This document shows, piece by piece, positions 48,119 through 60,600 of a stretch of DNA of 64,000 nt. Made by a program: the position numbers and the translations under genes. The notes under the pieces were generated by a model, which worked only from the letters and a program-made list of their open reading frames with translations, did not search any database and was not told the origin of the DNA. Origin of the DNA: Candidatus Cloacimonadales bacterium (GTDB lineage Bacteria > Cloacimonadota > Cloacimonadia > Cloacimonadales > JAFGVF01); the NCBI GenBank assembly GCA_963667035.1, contig OY762964.1, positions 2,944,001-3,008,000 on the forward strand, in the 5' to 3' direction. How positions within the stretch are numbered: the stretch's first letter is position 1; the number at the start of each line of letters is the position of its first letter.

Positions 48119-48334
48119 TTTTGTAAAATGGTAAGAATGACTTAGTTTGTGATAAATTCATTGTAATTATGACAGTGACTATAATAAAATTCATTAATCT
48201 AAATCATTACATACAAAAAACTTCTTGCCATAATTCACGAACTCGGAAATTTTGCTAAACAGTAAATTTCTTGCAGAATTCCCTGCGAATAATTGACGAA
48301 ATAAATAAGATAAGTATAAACATAAGAGGATATT

Positions 48335-48895
48335 ATGGCTTCAACTTCCGATATCAGAAACGGAATGATAATTGAGTTTAATAACGGTCTCTTTGAGATT
48401 GTTGAATTCTTGCATGTAAAACCGGGAAAAGGTGCTGCTTTTGTCAGAACCAAGCTTAAAAACTGTAAAACCGGTCAGGTAATAGATAACACTTTCAGAA
48501 CAAGTGAAAAACTTACTGAGATTAGAATTGAGAAATCAATAAAACAATATTTATACAAAGATACTGATTTCTTTTACTTCATGGACACTGATACATACGA
48601 ACAGATGAGTATCCCTAATGATGCTATAGGGGAACTTGATAAGTTTCTTATGGAAGGTATGGAAGTAAAGGTTAGAATGACTCCGACATATGAGATAATA
48701 GGTATTGAATTACCCATCTCTGTGATTCAGGAGATTACTGAAGCAGAACCTAATGTGAAAGGCAATACAGCTTCCGGAAGTGGAAAAGTAGCTTTCACAG
48801 AAACAGGACTGAGAATCATAGTTCCTTTCTTTGTTGAAGTTGGAACTAAGATTAAAATCGATACTCGCACTGGCGAGTATATGGAACGTGCATAA
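48335..48895 (+). CDS. efp: Elongation factor P
   Basis: HVKPGKGAAFVRTKLK, YFMDTDTYEQ, KIDTRTGEYMERA. Confidence 0.98.
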   Translation: MASTSDIRNGMIIEFNNGLFEIVEFLHVKPGKGAAFVRTKLKNCKTGQVIDNTFRTSEKLTEIRIEKSIKQYLYKDTDFFYFMDTDTYEQMSIPNDAIGELDKFLMEGMEVKVRMTPTYEIIGIELPISVIQEITEAEPNVKGNTASGSGKVAFTETGLRIIVPFFVEVGTKIKIDTRTGEYMERA

Positions 48896-48914
48896 AAGAC
48901 CCTAGGAGGATAAA

Positions 48915-49121
48915 ATGGCTAAAGGTAAAGCATTTGCTGCGAAGCTTGCTCATGAATTGAGTACAGAAGGTAAAGTATTCTGTCCGGTATGCAATACTGA
49001 GATAAAAAGAATCAAATTAATCACAGCTAATAAATCAAAAGCTAGTACCTGGGCTCCAAAATATCGTTTTGAAAAAGTTTGCAAATGCAACGAAAAAGAT
49101 ATTATGGCAGGTAAATACTAA
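48915..49121 (+). CDS. Small basic Cys-containing (zinc-ribbon-like) protein
   Basis: Strong AGGAGG RBS, CPVC...CKC, Lys-rich, followed by a terminator. Confidence 0.75.
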   Translation: MAKGKAFAAKLAHELSTEGKVFCPVCNTEIKRIKLITANKSKASTWAPKYRFEKVCKCNEKDIMAGKY

Positions 49122-49143
49122 ACTTTATCCGGTTTAACATATT

Positions 49144-49176
49144 AAAGAGACTGCAAGTATTGCTGTCTCTTTTTTT
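49144..49176 (+). terminator. Intrinsic terminator of the efp operon
   Basis: aaagagactgcaa-gta-ttgctgtctcttttttt. Confidence 0.65.
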
Positions 49177-49792
49177 ATATGTAATGTCAGTTACCCAAAC
49201 TTGGTCTTTTTGGAGGATGCTAATTTCCGGTAAAAGATTAGGATATATCTTCAATTTATGCTTCCAATTGGTTGTTACTACATAACGCTTTGGAGGTCTT
49301 AACAACAGGTTATTCATACGTAACAACTCTATTAGTTTATCCCTACCTATCTTTAGGTTAGGATCATTTTTTTTTCAAGCATTTTTATTATCATTCGATA
49401 GCCTGTTGTCTCCTGTTCTCGTCGGAACTCTTCAACAAGTCTCACTATCTCACGGTCTCTCGCAGCATCTCGTTCGAGTATTTTCTTATGCTTATTATAG
49501 CCTTGTCTTGTATAGCCGTACATTTTACAAATACGCCCTAATCCTCTGTATTTAAGTCCGCATTCAACAGCTCTTTCTTGAATTTCTCCTGCACTATCGA
49601 ACCAAGCTTTTTTTTTAAATCCATACCTAGCTTCTTACCTGAGACCTCGATCAATGTCTCAAGTGCTAACTCTTTCATCAAGTGCACGCTGAAAGCGTCT
49701 ATTTTCCATGCGTAAGCGAATCAATTCTGTTTGTTCATCTTTACTTATCATTTCTTCTGTTCTGTTTTGGGTAACCTATTCAGGACAGTACA
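49177..49792 (-). pseudogene. Degraded IS3-family element (left end, deleted orfA, slippery site, truncated orfB)
   Basis: TG-starting end TGTACTGTCCTGAATAGGTTACCCA at 49792, A-tract frameshift site near 49608-49617, YGYTRQGYNK, YPNLL and QVWVTDITY fragments with stops. Confidence 0.8.
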
Positions 49793-49819
49793 AACCTGTT
49801 AGTGCACACATTCGGCACG

Positions 49820-49942
49820 ATATAACAATTCGCATTTTTCCCACTGCTCTCGCACTGTGAAAGCACTGTCAACCCGGTGATTCAGTGGGTGTACAGTGCT
49901 TGGGTACTGCCTTCACAGTGGGAACACACTGCGTTGTTAAAT
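49820..49942 (+). other. Long imperfect hairpin, attC-like
   Basis: ATATAAC...GTTAAAT ends; nested stems cactgtgaa/ttcacagtg and agcactgt/acagtgct. Confidence 0.35.
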
Positions 49943-50109
49943 CGGGAATAATTAGAGCCCAAAAATAGCATAAAAGTCTGAAACTCCGCATAAAACGCAC
50001 TGTGGATTCTCGTAGTGAGAGCTTCCTTGCTTGCTCACAGCTCGAAGAGCTATACAAATAGCAGAATAAATCCAGATGTTTTTAGAAATGCAACCATGTT
50101 TATTGCAGC

Positions 50110-50730
50110 TCAAGCGTGTAACTCATTAAAAAAGGCTCTGTGCATCCTTTCATGCCTTCCATTCTGTTGAGGTTTTCCTTTATCTATGCGCTCAGGAGTG
50201 ATGCTAAGTTTAATAATGTGAATAGAGAGCTTTGATAAACCAGTTATACCAGCACTACAAAATGGGGCTCCATTATCTGATCTAATGGTTTCTGGTAAGC
50301 CATACTCATGGAATGTCCAGTCTAATGCTTTCTTCATATTTTGGGACTAACAAGCCTTTGCAACAGAGTAAGAATCGGCTATAGTTATCGAAAATAGTTA
50401 AGGGATAGCAGTACCTATTGTCTTTAGTTTTAACCTGTCCTTTATAGTCAATACTCCAAACTTTATTCGAATCAGTACACTTCTTAAATGGTTGAGTGTA
50501 AGGTGGTACCACTGTTTTTCTTCTTCTTGTTTTAACTAACCCCTGTTTCTTAACCAGTCGCCTGCTGTACTATAAGCTGACCATGCTATATCCGAATGCC
50601 TATTTCTTAATGCTTGTATTATCTTTTTAGACCCCCAACTTAGATGCTTGTGTTTCATCACAATAATCATGTTTACCACATCTATATTTATTTGATTTGG
50701 ATGATTATGTGGAGCTCTACTAAGTTCATT
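50110..50730 (-). pseudogene. Frameshifted IS481-family transposase fragment
   Basis: WSIDYKG..RYCYPLTIFDNYSR and YGLPETIRSDNGAPF...PQQNGRHERMHR lie in different frames; both ends truncated. Confidence 0.85.
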
Positions 50731-50823
50731 TTGCTATGATTCCTATCTTAATCTCTTTGAATTAAAAATCAGTGGATACATTTTTATTGACAGAAATTCT
50801 ATTTATCTGATGAAAATGAAATT

Positions 50824-51897
50824 ATGAAATGTCCAATATGTAAAGAAGAAATGCTTAAGAAGCTGGATGGAGATTATTCAATATTTGAATGTGAGGGATG
50901 CGATAAGGTTTTTGCTAGCCTTAGTTCTATGAAGAATAGTGGTAAGGATGTAGATATTCTTACAGAAATAAGAAATGATACTATGGAACATGGTTTACCA
51001 AGTAATATCTGTCCTAGTTGCTCTAGACAGATGAAAGCTAAACCGGCGAAAAGCCTTCAAAACGAGCCACTTATCGAATATTGTGCAATTTGTAATTTCG
51101 TTTTCTTACCTAAGCAAAGTTATCATACTTTACCGGAAAGAGAAATGATTGATGAATACGATAACATGTCTGATGAAAGTCTTAAAGTTCTTCAAGATGT
51201 AACAGATGATCTAAAAAAGAAGCTTCATGTAAATTCATATGAAAGCATTAAAGATTATTCACCGGTTGAAAGAATATTATTGTATTTCTTCCCAAGGTTA
51301 CTAGGGGCTCCAAAGCTAACTAGAATACCTATTGTTACATCCTTTCTGCTTGGTATAGCGTTAATATTCTCATTTATTCCTAGAAGCATTATGTGGAGTT
51401 CCTTTCAAGAGCCATTGCTCTCTTTTCAACATATTGTGTTTGACTTTTCTATCTCTCAAAGTATCATTGGATTATATGTTCTATTTCTTTTCGGCTCTAG
51501 GTTGGAAGTGACATTGGGAAGAAAAAGTTATCTGATATTTTTAGCATCCACCTACTTTGTTTCATATATACTACGACTTTTTATAAATCCTCAATCGGTA
51601 GTAACAGGTGGTATGTTTCTAACTATGGCAATTACAGCATTCTTTATGTATCTTTTTTATCATTCTCATTTGAGAGGAGCATTCTTTTTAAGAATCTATA
51701 CTATACCCGTTTGGATGTTTACTTTTTTAATGATCATTTTTACACTACTAATCCAATCATCTATTGGTTTTGAAGTCGGAAACATATTATTTCTCATAGT
51801 AAGTTTTGGTATGCCCATCATCTTCTTAATCGCTCTGGGAGGAAGAAAAACAATCCTAAAGAAAGCGGGATTTGAAGAATATACATATTTTAATTAG
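50824..51897 (+). CDS. Double zinc-finger (zf-TFIIB-like) plus rhomboid-like membrane domain, catalytic motifs apparently absent
   Basis: CPIC..CEGC, CPSC..CAIC; IPIVT, LFLFGSRLEVTLGRKSYLIF and IPVW resemble the rhomboid scaffold. Confidence 0.65.
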   Translation: MKCPICKEEMLKKLDGDYSIFECEGCDKVFASLSSMKNSGKDVDILTEIRNDTMEHGLPSNICPSCSRQMKAKPAKSLQNEPLIEYCAICNFVFLPKQSYHTLPEREMIDEYDNMSDESLKVLQDVTDDLKKKLHVNSYESIKDYSPVERILLYFFPRLLGAPKLTRIPIVTSFLLGIALIFSFIPRSIMWSSFQEPLLSFQHIVFDFSISQSIIGLYVLFLFGSRLEVTLGRKSYLIFLASTYFVSYILRLFINPQSVVTGGMFLTMAITAFFMYLFYHSHLRGAFFLRIYTIPVWMFTFLMIIFTLLIQSSIGFEVGNILFLIVSFGMPIIFLIALGGRKTILKKAGFEEYTYFN

Positions 51898-52003
51898 ACA
51901 AGCATGGTTTTTCGTTAACCTAAAGGTATTGTTCAGTTTATTCTATTGACATAGGATTTCTGAAAGATTAGTATCGGATATTAGCAAGTGTTAAGAGGTT
52001 AAA

Positions 52004-54604
52004 ATGAAAAAACTTGTACTTATTTCTTTATTTCTTGTAACATTTTTATTACTATCGGCCTACGGTGGAGATGGCAATCTATACGGAGGCTACTATTTTG
52101 CAACAAATCTTCCGGGCCCGGACACTCTGTCTTTTCATCCCGAATTCGAATGGATAAATTTAGGTCTTTCAGGTAATACTCCCGAGTATGGTAACGCTGA
52201 CTCGGATGACGGATATGTTGAAGTACCCATTGGATTCTCATTTAACTATTTTGGGAATACGTACGATTCTATCTTCATTGGCACTAACGGCTATTGCTCT
52301 TTTACAAATCCCGTATCAGCAAGCTATCTTGCAACTAATATGAGTATTCCGCAAACAACATCTCCAAACAATGTTATAGCTCTTTGTGCAATGGATCTTC
52401 AAACTGAATTTATACCGTCTATTTGTATTTATGGTAACGATTCTGAAGGAAACTTTGTTTATTCGGTATCTGGTTGGAACGATTATGATGATGATGACGA
52501 AACATGGGATGTACAAATGATTCTTTATCCTACAGGTAGAATTAAGATACAGTATAATAATGTTATAAACTTAGGGAACAACTCATCTACAATGATGGGA
52601 GACTGTTGTATTGGCATTGAAAACATCAACGGTACTATTGGTCATCAATATAGAAACAATGGTGATGGAGGTGAAGTTCAAAGTCTTATGGCACTATCTT
52701 ATGCACCTTCTCCTGAATTGCTTTCCGAAACAGGAGAACCAATCGTCTATCAAAATGAATTAGATTTTGGTTATTGTGAGATTAACGCAGATATAGATAC
52801 TCTCTACCTAAATATAAACAATTATTCACTAAGTTCCATTATAATACAGGCTGCTCCTATGATAAGTGGAGATAATACAGCTTTTACTCTATTTGATGAA
52901 AGCATCTATCCTTTTATAATTCCTAGTGAGGGACAATTAATCTATCCTATAACTGTCACTCATGATTCGACAGGAGTAAGAAATGCTATTATCTCATTTT
53001 CTGATGGATTAAATCAATATCAAACATCCTTGATATCCTACAATTACCAAGAGGATAACAACGATGTTTCAGAGAATTCAAGTGAGATTAATGTGTTTGA
53101 ATATCATACTTATACTGCTGTAATAGCACCTGAAAATGATGTCGATTGGTATGTCTTCTGGCTTACTTCCCCGGGAAATTTAACGATACACACTGAAACT
53201 ACTAATACCTCTTCCTTAGATTTACAAGCAACTTTATATGGTCCTTATCAAAACAGTAACCAGATTATCGATGAATCTCATTTAGTCAGCGTTGATAATA
53301 ACGGATGGTCTGATGATTACAACCCATTGATAGGAGAAGAAAGAATTGAGGATAGTGGATTCTACTACCTAAAAATAGATGAGGAAAATGAATCTCCCGG
53401 ATATGATAAACTATACAGTCTGTTTATTGAGTACTGGGAGGTTAGTTATGAAGTACCGGAACCTCCTATTAATTTAGACATTCTTTTAGTATCTCAAGGA
53501 ATTCAACTCTCTTGGGAATGGGGTGATGGAATGCCGTTTATCGGATTTGGAGGTTTTAATGTTTACAGAGATGATCAATTGATTAATGAATCCCCATTAA
53601 TGGACTCACTGTTTATTGATTCACCTAATGATATGGAGACCGGAACAGTATTTGAGTACAAAGTAACAGCATATAGTTCATATTTAAACTTAGAATCAGC
53701 TCCTTGTGATTCTGTGTTGTTTCAGATACAAACCCCTCTTTTTAGTGATGATTTTGAATCATACGATGATTTTAGTATAGAATTTGCTCCATGGATTACT
53801 ATTGATGTAGATGGTAATAATACTCATTCATTCTCTAATGAAATAAGCTATCAAAATGAAGGTATTCCTCAAGCATTTATGGTATTTAATCCTTCTGAAA
53901 CCAACCCACCCATTGACTTTATAGAAGCTTATAAAGGCGATAAGTTTCTAATAAGTACATGTAGTGTAACAAGCAATAATGAGAATTGGTTAATAACTCC
54001 TTTAATAAATTTACCTGATTCAACAACCCATGTAAGCTTCATGGCAAGAGCATTAACAACACAGTTTGGTATGGAACAGTTTAGTATAGGTGTTTCTAAT
54101 GGATCTCAAAATATAAGTGATTTTGAGCTGTTAAATGGAGATTCTCCTATTCAAGTATCTGATACTTGGACATGTTATACATTTTCTCTTGATGAATATG
54201 CAGGCAATCAAATAAGAATTGGCATTGTTAGCAATGCAACAAATACAATGATGTTTATGTTGGATAGTTTTCTTGTAGCTAACTCAGAGATTACTCTTAA
54301 CAATAATGAGGAAGTAATTACGGGCGAGCAATTAATGCTACTAAACAACTTCCCTAATCCATTCAATCCTGAAACTAATATCACTTTCTTTATATCGAAA
54401 ACTGCTAATATCCAATTGGAAATCTTCAATATTAGAGGGCAAAAAGTTATGACACTTTTAGACAGAGATGTTGAGAAAGGATATCATTGCATTACTTGGG
54501 ATGGAAAAGATATGAATGGAAACAATGTTTCTTCCGGGGTTTATTTATACCGTTTACATTCAGATAGTTATACCAGCTCAAGAAAGATGATATTGATGAA
54601 ATAG
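52004..54604 (+). CDS. Secreted protein with nidogen-like, PPC-like, FN3 and cleaved-adhesin (choice-of-anchor J-like) domains and a T9SS-A/FlgD-like CTD
   Basis: IGFSFNYFG..IGTNG, DVDWY, GFNVYRDD, DDFESY..WITIDVDG..NWLITP, NFPNPFNPET...SSGVYLYRL...RKMILMK. Confidence 0.85.
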   Translation: MKKLVLISLFLVTFLLLSAYGGDGNLYGGYYFATNLPGPDTLSFHPEFEWINLGLSGNTPEYGNADSDDGYVEVPIGFSFNYFGNTYDSIFIGTNGYCSFTNPVSASYLATNMSIPQTTSPNNVIALCAMDLQTEFIPSICIYGNDSEGNFVYSVSGWNDYDDDDETWDVQMILYPTGRIKIQYNNVINLGNNSSTMMGDCCIGIENINGTIGHQYRNNGDGGEVQSLMALSYAPSPELLSETGEPIVYQNELDFGYCEINADIDTLYLNINNYSLSSIIIQAAPMISGDNTAFTLFDESIYPFIIPSEGQLIYPITVTHDSTGVRNAIISFSDGLNQYQTSLISYNYQEDNNDVSENSSEINVFEYHTYTAVIAPENDVDWYVFWLTSPGNLTIHTETTNTSSLDLQATLYGPYQNSNQIIDESHLVSVDNNGWSDDYNPLIGEERIEDSGFYYLKIDEENESPGYDKLYSLFIEYWEVSYEVPEPPINLDILLVSQGIQLSWEWGDGMPFIGFGGFNVYRDDQLINESPLMDSLFIDSPNDMETGTVFEYKVTAYSSYLNLESAPCDSVLFQIQTPLFSDDFESYDDFSIEFAPWITIDVDGNNTHSFSNEISYQNEGIPQAFMVFNPSETNPPIDFIEAYKGDKFLISTCSVTSNNENWLITPLINLPDSTTHVSFMARALTTQFGMEQFSIGVSNGSQNISDFELLNGDSPIQVSDTWTCYTFSLDEYAGNQIRIGIVSNATNTMMFMLDSFLVANSEITLNNNEEVITGEQLMLLNNFPNPFNPETNITFFISKTANIQLEIFNIRGQKVMTLLDRDVEKGYHCITWDGKDMNGNNVSSGVYLYRLHSDSYTSSRKMILMK

Positions 54605-54625
54605 ATACAAAACATTAGATAAACA

Positions 54626-54655
54626 AAAAGAGTACCGAGGAATCGGTACTCTTTT
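54626..54655. terminator. Bidirectional intrinsic terminator
   Basis: aaaagagtaccga-ggaa-tcggtactctttt between convergent genes. Confidence 0.8.
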
Positions 54656-54673
54656 ACTATAATTGTTGTTAAT

Positions 54674-57600
54674 CTATCTTCTGCTTCTAACAGGTAATGT
54701 ATCTGTTGATGAAACTATACGATAGAACTTCTTATTAACATTATCAGTATCGGTCCATGTTGCATCTGTTACTATGGTTTCTAATACCCAAAGATTTAAA
54801 TCTGCAAATGGATTTGATGATGAATATACTTTGTATGTAGTTGCATTAGTAGCAGTATCCCAAGTTAGTACCCTTCCATTTTCAGAATGAGCAATAGCAA
54901 GATTAACTACAACATCAGGAGTAACAACTCCTCCCTGACCGGTTGGATAACCTAAGTTAGAGTAATCATCAATATCATTAACAATCCACTGAGAATTGGA
55001 AGCATCTGTTCCAGCAGAGGTTGTCCAGTCGGTTGTTGCTCCAGTAACGGTTTCTTTTCTTATCAAAGTATGGTCAACTGTAGCATTGGTAACATCAGCA
55101 ACATCCCATCCTGTTCCGGGATCTGCACCTTCTGTACCTACAACATCGATAAGAACACCATTATATGCTAAACCCATTGCATCATCACCGTTGAAATAAC
55201 AAATAGTTGTTCCTACTAAATCAGCAACTGCTTGAATTTCAGCAATAGCACTTGAGTTACATACGACATAAACATCTCCTGCTGCAAGTGTACCTGATAA
55301 GGCAACTGCATTTGTTTCTCCTTCTACCCAATCACCACCATTGGAGATTCGCCAGAATTCAACAAGACTTAAATCTACCGGATCTGCACCTGCATTATAT
55401 ATCTCTATAGCTTTATTGTTAGATGAGCCCTCTATGTATTCGCTGATATAGATATTAACTTCGGTAGGTTCTACAATTGTGTAAACGGCTTCACCAATAT
55501 TACTTGGAGTGAAACCTACTTTATATGCTTTTGCTTTGAGTGTTGTTGTTTCACTGACATTTATTGCAATAGTATAAAGTGTTGATGTTTCATCAGGGTC
55601 TGTACCATCTGTAGTATAATAAATTGATGCCTCTGCAGTATCGCAGAGTATCTCAACACTTTGAGTTTCGGAATAGGTACCTGTTCCCGGACTGAATGTA
55701 GGTGTGGCTACAACAGTAGTTATAACATCTAAATCAGTAAGGAATCTTGATGTAAAGAATTCACCCTCTGAGCGAGAGTTAAGAATTCCGGTAACATTAA
55801 CCGGTTGTGTTGGAATAGCTGTTCCTATATAATCAACATCATAGAATGTTGAACGGAAATTATAGCTGTCAACTCCATCAGATAATGTGTAAACTGTTCC
55901 GTTAGCAAATGAACCTGTTTCTACAAATGAAACATTGTTCACTGTTACTACTTGAGCTTCATAGCTTTCAAAGCTAGTTGAGAGGTCTGAAAGAGTAAGC
56001 ACTACCGGAGTTACTGTGTTACCTGTTGATGTTGCAACTCCAGGGTCATTAGAAGGAACAAACTGTAACATTCCACCATAAGGACTAAGAGTTCCACATA
56101 TACCTGTTATTCCATCATACAAGTTATAAATAGTTGTAATATTCCCTGTACTATCATCTATCAGAATTGCTCCTGTAGCATCCTGAATATATTTCTGGTT
56201 ACGATAAGATTGCTGGAATGTTATTACAACTTCACCGGTAAGACAGTAATATGTTCCATCTGCAGAACCGGCTCTCAAAGCAGCAATATTGGTAACTTCA
56301 GTCATTACTGAATAATTATTTACTGAGCTTTCTCCTGTCATTGGACCTACATTTGAATCTGTTGCACTTACTTTGTAGTATACTACTGTGCCACCTGCTT
56401 GAGCAGGAATGTTTGCTGTATAAGTAGCTCTGTTGAGACTCATATTCACACTGTTTGTAAGTGCATCAGAAGCAACTCCCCAGTACAATGTAGCAGAAGC
56501 AATACCATCATCATCAGTGATGTCAGCAGTAACTGTTACTATGTCTGTTGAAGTTGGAATATCGGGTGTTGAAATTACATTTGTGATTGCAGGAGCTATA
56601 TTTACACCTTCAATTACTGTACCTTGAAGCAGGATATTATCAACTTCCCAGGCTGCAGCTCCATCTGTAGGATTAGAGGTATATTTGAAAGCAATTCTAC
56701 CTGATCCTACATATCCTGAAAGATCAATTATACCAGAATTAGCCCAAGCAAAACCACCAGTAGAAAGAACAGGGTTAAGCATTGTCCAGTTAGCAGTGGT
56801 CGGATCATCTATATAATCAGTAGAGACATATACTTCAATTGCAGGACCGGAATAATTATATGCTGAATCAAATGAGAATTGCTCATTATCATAAGCATTA
56901 AAATTAACTTGTGGTGAGATTAACCAGTCTTCATTATTAGTAGCTACACCTGAGTAGCCATTAATATAAGCGTAATAGTTTTCACTGTATGAAGTAGTAT
57001 ACCAGTATTGGTCACCTACTACTGAATATGGAGTCCAATTTCCAAGAGTTGTAGCTTCAAAGTCTTCATTGAAAATATCTACTAATGGAAGTGAACCTGT
57101 TCCTGTAAGATTTATTACAACATTATCAAAGCCATCAGACATGTGAGTAATAGTTCCTGTTTCCTCACCCGACACTGTTGCTGTGTATCTAACCCAGATT
57201 GTTCCGTCAAAATCAGGATCAAGGTCATATATTTCCGTATCCCAGCTCAAAGCATTATCTGATACTTCGAAAGGTCCTGATACTTCTATATTGATAACAT
57301 CTACAAGATCGACACCTTGTAAGGTATATTCTTGAGAAGCAGAAGTGGATCCAACTTCAGCTTCGAAACTCAATTCATTAGTACTTACAATTATACCTTC
57401 TGTTGGAGTTGGTTCTGTAATTGTGAAACTTTGCTCGCTAGAAGTGGTTATTGCAGTATCATCATCTGTTGCCTCAACAACGAAGTAATATGTACCTGCT
57501 ACTAAACCTGATAATGTAGCACTATAGGTTGAACGAGTATTCATTGAAACTGTTGTTCCATAAACACCTGATGCTGTTCCATATTTGAGTTCTACGTTTG

Positions 57601-60600
57601 AAACGGCACTATCGTCAGTAACATCAGCAGTAATAGTAACATTCATACCAACTTCAGGAGCTGCAGGATTAACTAAGATGTTTGTTATAACTGGTAATTC
57701 ATTGAAGTTTGCAGTTGTTTGACCTAAGTTACTGTAGTCATCTTCTCCAAGAACTATCCATTGTGAATCGGATAAGTCAGTACCCGCAGAAAGAGTCCAA
57801 TCTGTAGTTCCTTCAGTTACTGTAGATTTTCTAATAAGAGTGTGATTTGCTGTAGCATCAGCGATACCAGCAACAGCCCAACCATTTCCAGGATCAACAC
57901 CTTCAGTACCAACAACATCAATAAGTATGCCATTGTAAGCTAATCCCATTGCATCATCGCCATTGAAGTAAGTTATTGATGAGCCTACAGAATCAGCTAA
58001 AGCTTGGATTTCTGGAATAGCACTAGAATTAACATTAACCCATACTTCTCCTGGATTCAATGTTCCGGTTAAAGTTGTTGCATTAGTTGCACCTTCTACC
58101 CAATCACCACCATTTGAAATTCGCCAAACTTGTACCATAGATAAGTCTACCGGCACTGTATCAGCATTATAGATTTCGAATGCTTTATTGTTGGAAGAAC
58201 CTTCAAGATATTCACTAATGAAGATATTCGGCACATTAATTTCTTCTATTGTATAAATTGCTTCTGCAACAATACTTTCTGTATAATCTACTTTATAAGC
58301 TCTTGCTTTAACAGTAGTTGTTTCGCTAATACTGATTGCTCCGGTATAAAGAGTTGAAGCTTCATCAGGATCTGTTCCATCAGTTGTATAATATATTAGT
58401 GCATCAACTGTATCACAAAGAATCTGTACACTCTGTGTATCTGCATAAGTACCCGCTTCAGGGGTAAAGGTTGGTGTTGCAACAACCGGAACTGTAGATG
58501 TCACTATATCAGCAGCATCTCTAGCTGAGATATATTCACCATCAGTACGAGAGTTCATTATACCTGATAATGTAACTGCTCCTGAAGGGATTACTGTTCC
58601 AATATAGTCTACATCGTAGAATGTTGTGCGGAAGTTGTAATTGTTAGTACCATCTGTAAGTGTATAAACTACACCATTTGCAAAGTTACCTGTCTCTACA
58701 AATGATACATCGTTTACTGTTACTACTTGTGCTTCATAAGTTTCAAAACCTGCTGTAAGGTCTGAAATAGTCACTATAGCAGGGGTGATTGTGTTACTTG
58801 TTGATGTGGCTACACCCGGATCAGATACAGGACTAAATTGAAGCATTCCACCGTACTCGCTAAGTGTACCGCGAAGTCCAGTAATACCATCATTAACATT
58901 ATAAGCAGTTGTTACAAAACCACTATTATCATCAATAAGAATACCACCTGTGGCATCTTGGACATACTTCTGATTACGATATGTTTGCTGATATGTAAGA
59001 ATTGCTTCTTCTGTGAGACAATAGACTGTTCCGTCTGTTGTACCAGCTCTAAGTGTAGCAATATCAGAAACATTAACAGTACTGATTATGCTGTAGTTAT
59101 AGGTTGAGCTTGTAGTAGTTGCAGGTTCCAAGTTTGCATCAACCGCTACTATTTCGTAATATACTGTTGAGCCACCTGCTTGAGCAGGGATTTCAGCTGT
59201 ATAAGTAGCTCTGTTTAGTGTCATTGCAACATTGTTGGTCATCGCATCTGAGGCAAGACCCCAGTTCAATGTAGCGGAAGCAATGCCATCATCATCTGTA
59301 ATATCTGCTGTAACAGTTATTACTTCTGTAGCTGCCGGAACTTCAGGAGTATTAGCAACATTAGTAATTACTGGAGCTGGATTTGCTGCAGGAGGAGGTG
59401 TTGGACTACCAAGATTAGAGTAATCATTGATAGTACTAACAATCCACTGTGAATCGGTTGCACTAGTTCCTGCTGATGTTAACCAATCGGTAGTGGCAAA
59501 ACCTGTTGTCTTACGAATAAGGGTATGGTCTACTGTTGCAGCTGTTTCTCCGGCTACATCCCAACCTGTACCTGGATCTGCTCCTTCCGCTCCGACAACG
59601 TCAACAAGGGTTCCATTGTAAGCTAGACCCATAGCGTCATCACCGTTGAAGTAGCAGACTGTGGTTCCTACTAAGTCTGAAAGTGCTTGAATCTCTGCGA
59701 TTGCACTTGAGTTACATATTACATAAACTTCTCCCGGTGCTAAGGTTCCGGATAAAGTAACTGCATTAGTTGCTCCCTCTGCCCAGTCTCCACCGTTTGA
59801 GATACGCCAGAATTCAACAAATCCAAGGTTAACATCATTGTCACCTGCATTGTAGATTTCTATAGCTTTATTGTTTGATGAACCCTCAATATACTCACTA
59901 ATGTAGATATTAGCCGGTTCTGCTACTGAGAAGTCATAGGTTGATTCTGAAACTGAACTTGGTCCATATCCTACCAAGTAAGCTTTAGCTTTTACTGTTG
60001 TAGTTTCACTGATTGATATTGCTGTCGAATAAAGTGTTGAAGCTTCTGTAGGTTCTGAACCATCTATTGTATAGTAGATTGAAGCTCCTACTGTAGAACA
60101 GAATATCTCAACTGACTGTGTTTCTGAATAGATACCACCGTCAGGAGTAAAGTAAGGTGTAGATACTATCGGAAGTACAACATTGTAACTTCTCTCGTCG
60201 CTTGTTTCTGTATTAGTATCGTTATCAGTTGCAGATACAGTATAATAAACTGTAGCACCATCAGCTTGAGCAGGAATAGTGCCTGTGTAAATATCACCTG
60301 AATCAAGTGACATTGATACTGTGTTTGTAAGTGAACCGGATGTAAGTCCCCAATTAATCTCTGCTGATGTGATAGAACCGTCATCGGTAATAGTAGCACT
60401 GATTACACAATCCTCACTTGGTGAAGGAGTATCGGGAGTATTAGATATACCTGAGATAATTGGAGTAGTAACTGCACCACCACTGTAGTCGGTTACTGTC
60501 AAATCATCGATTAATAGACGTTCTTTGTCTTCGATATTTCTAATTCTGAAGAATATATCGTCACCGGGTAGATTAACTGTTTCCGAATACTCGGTATAAG

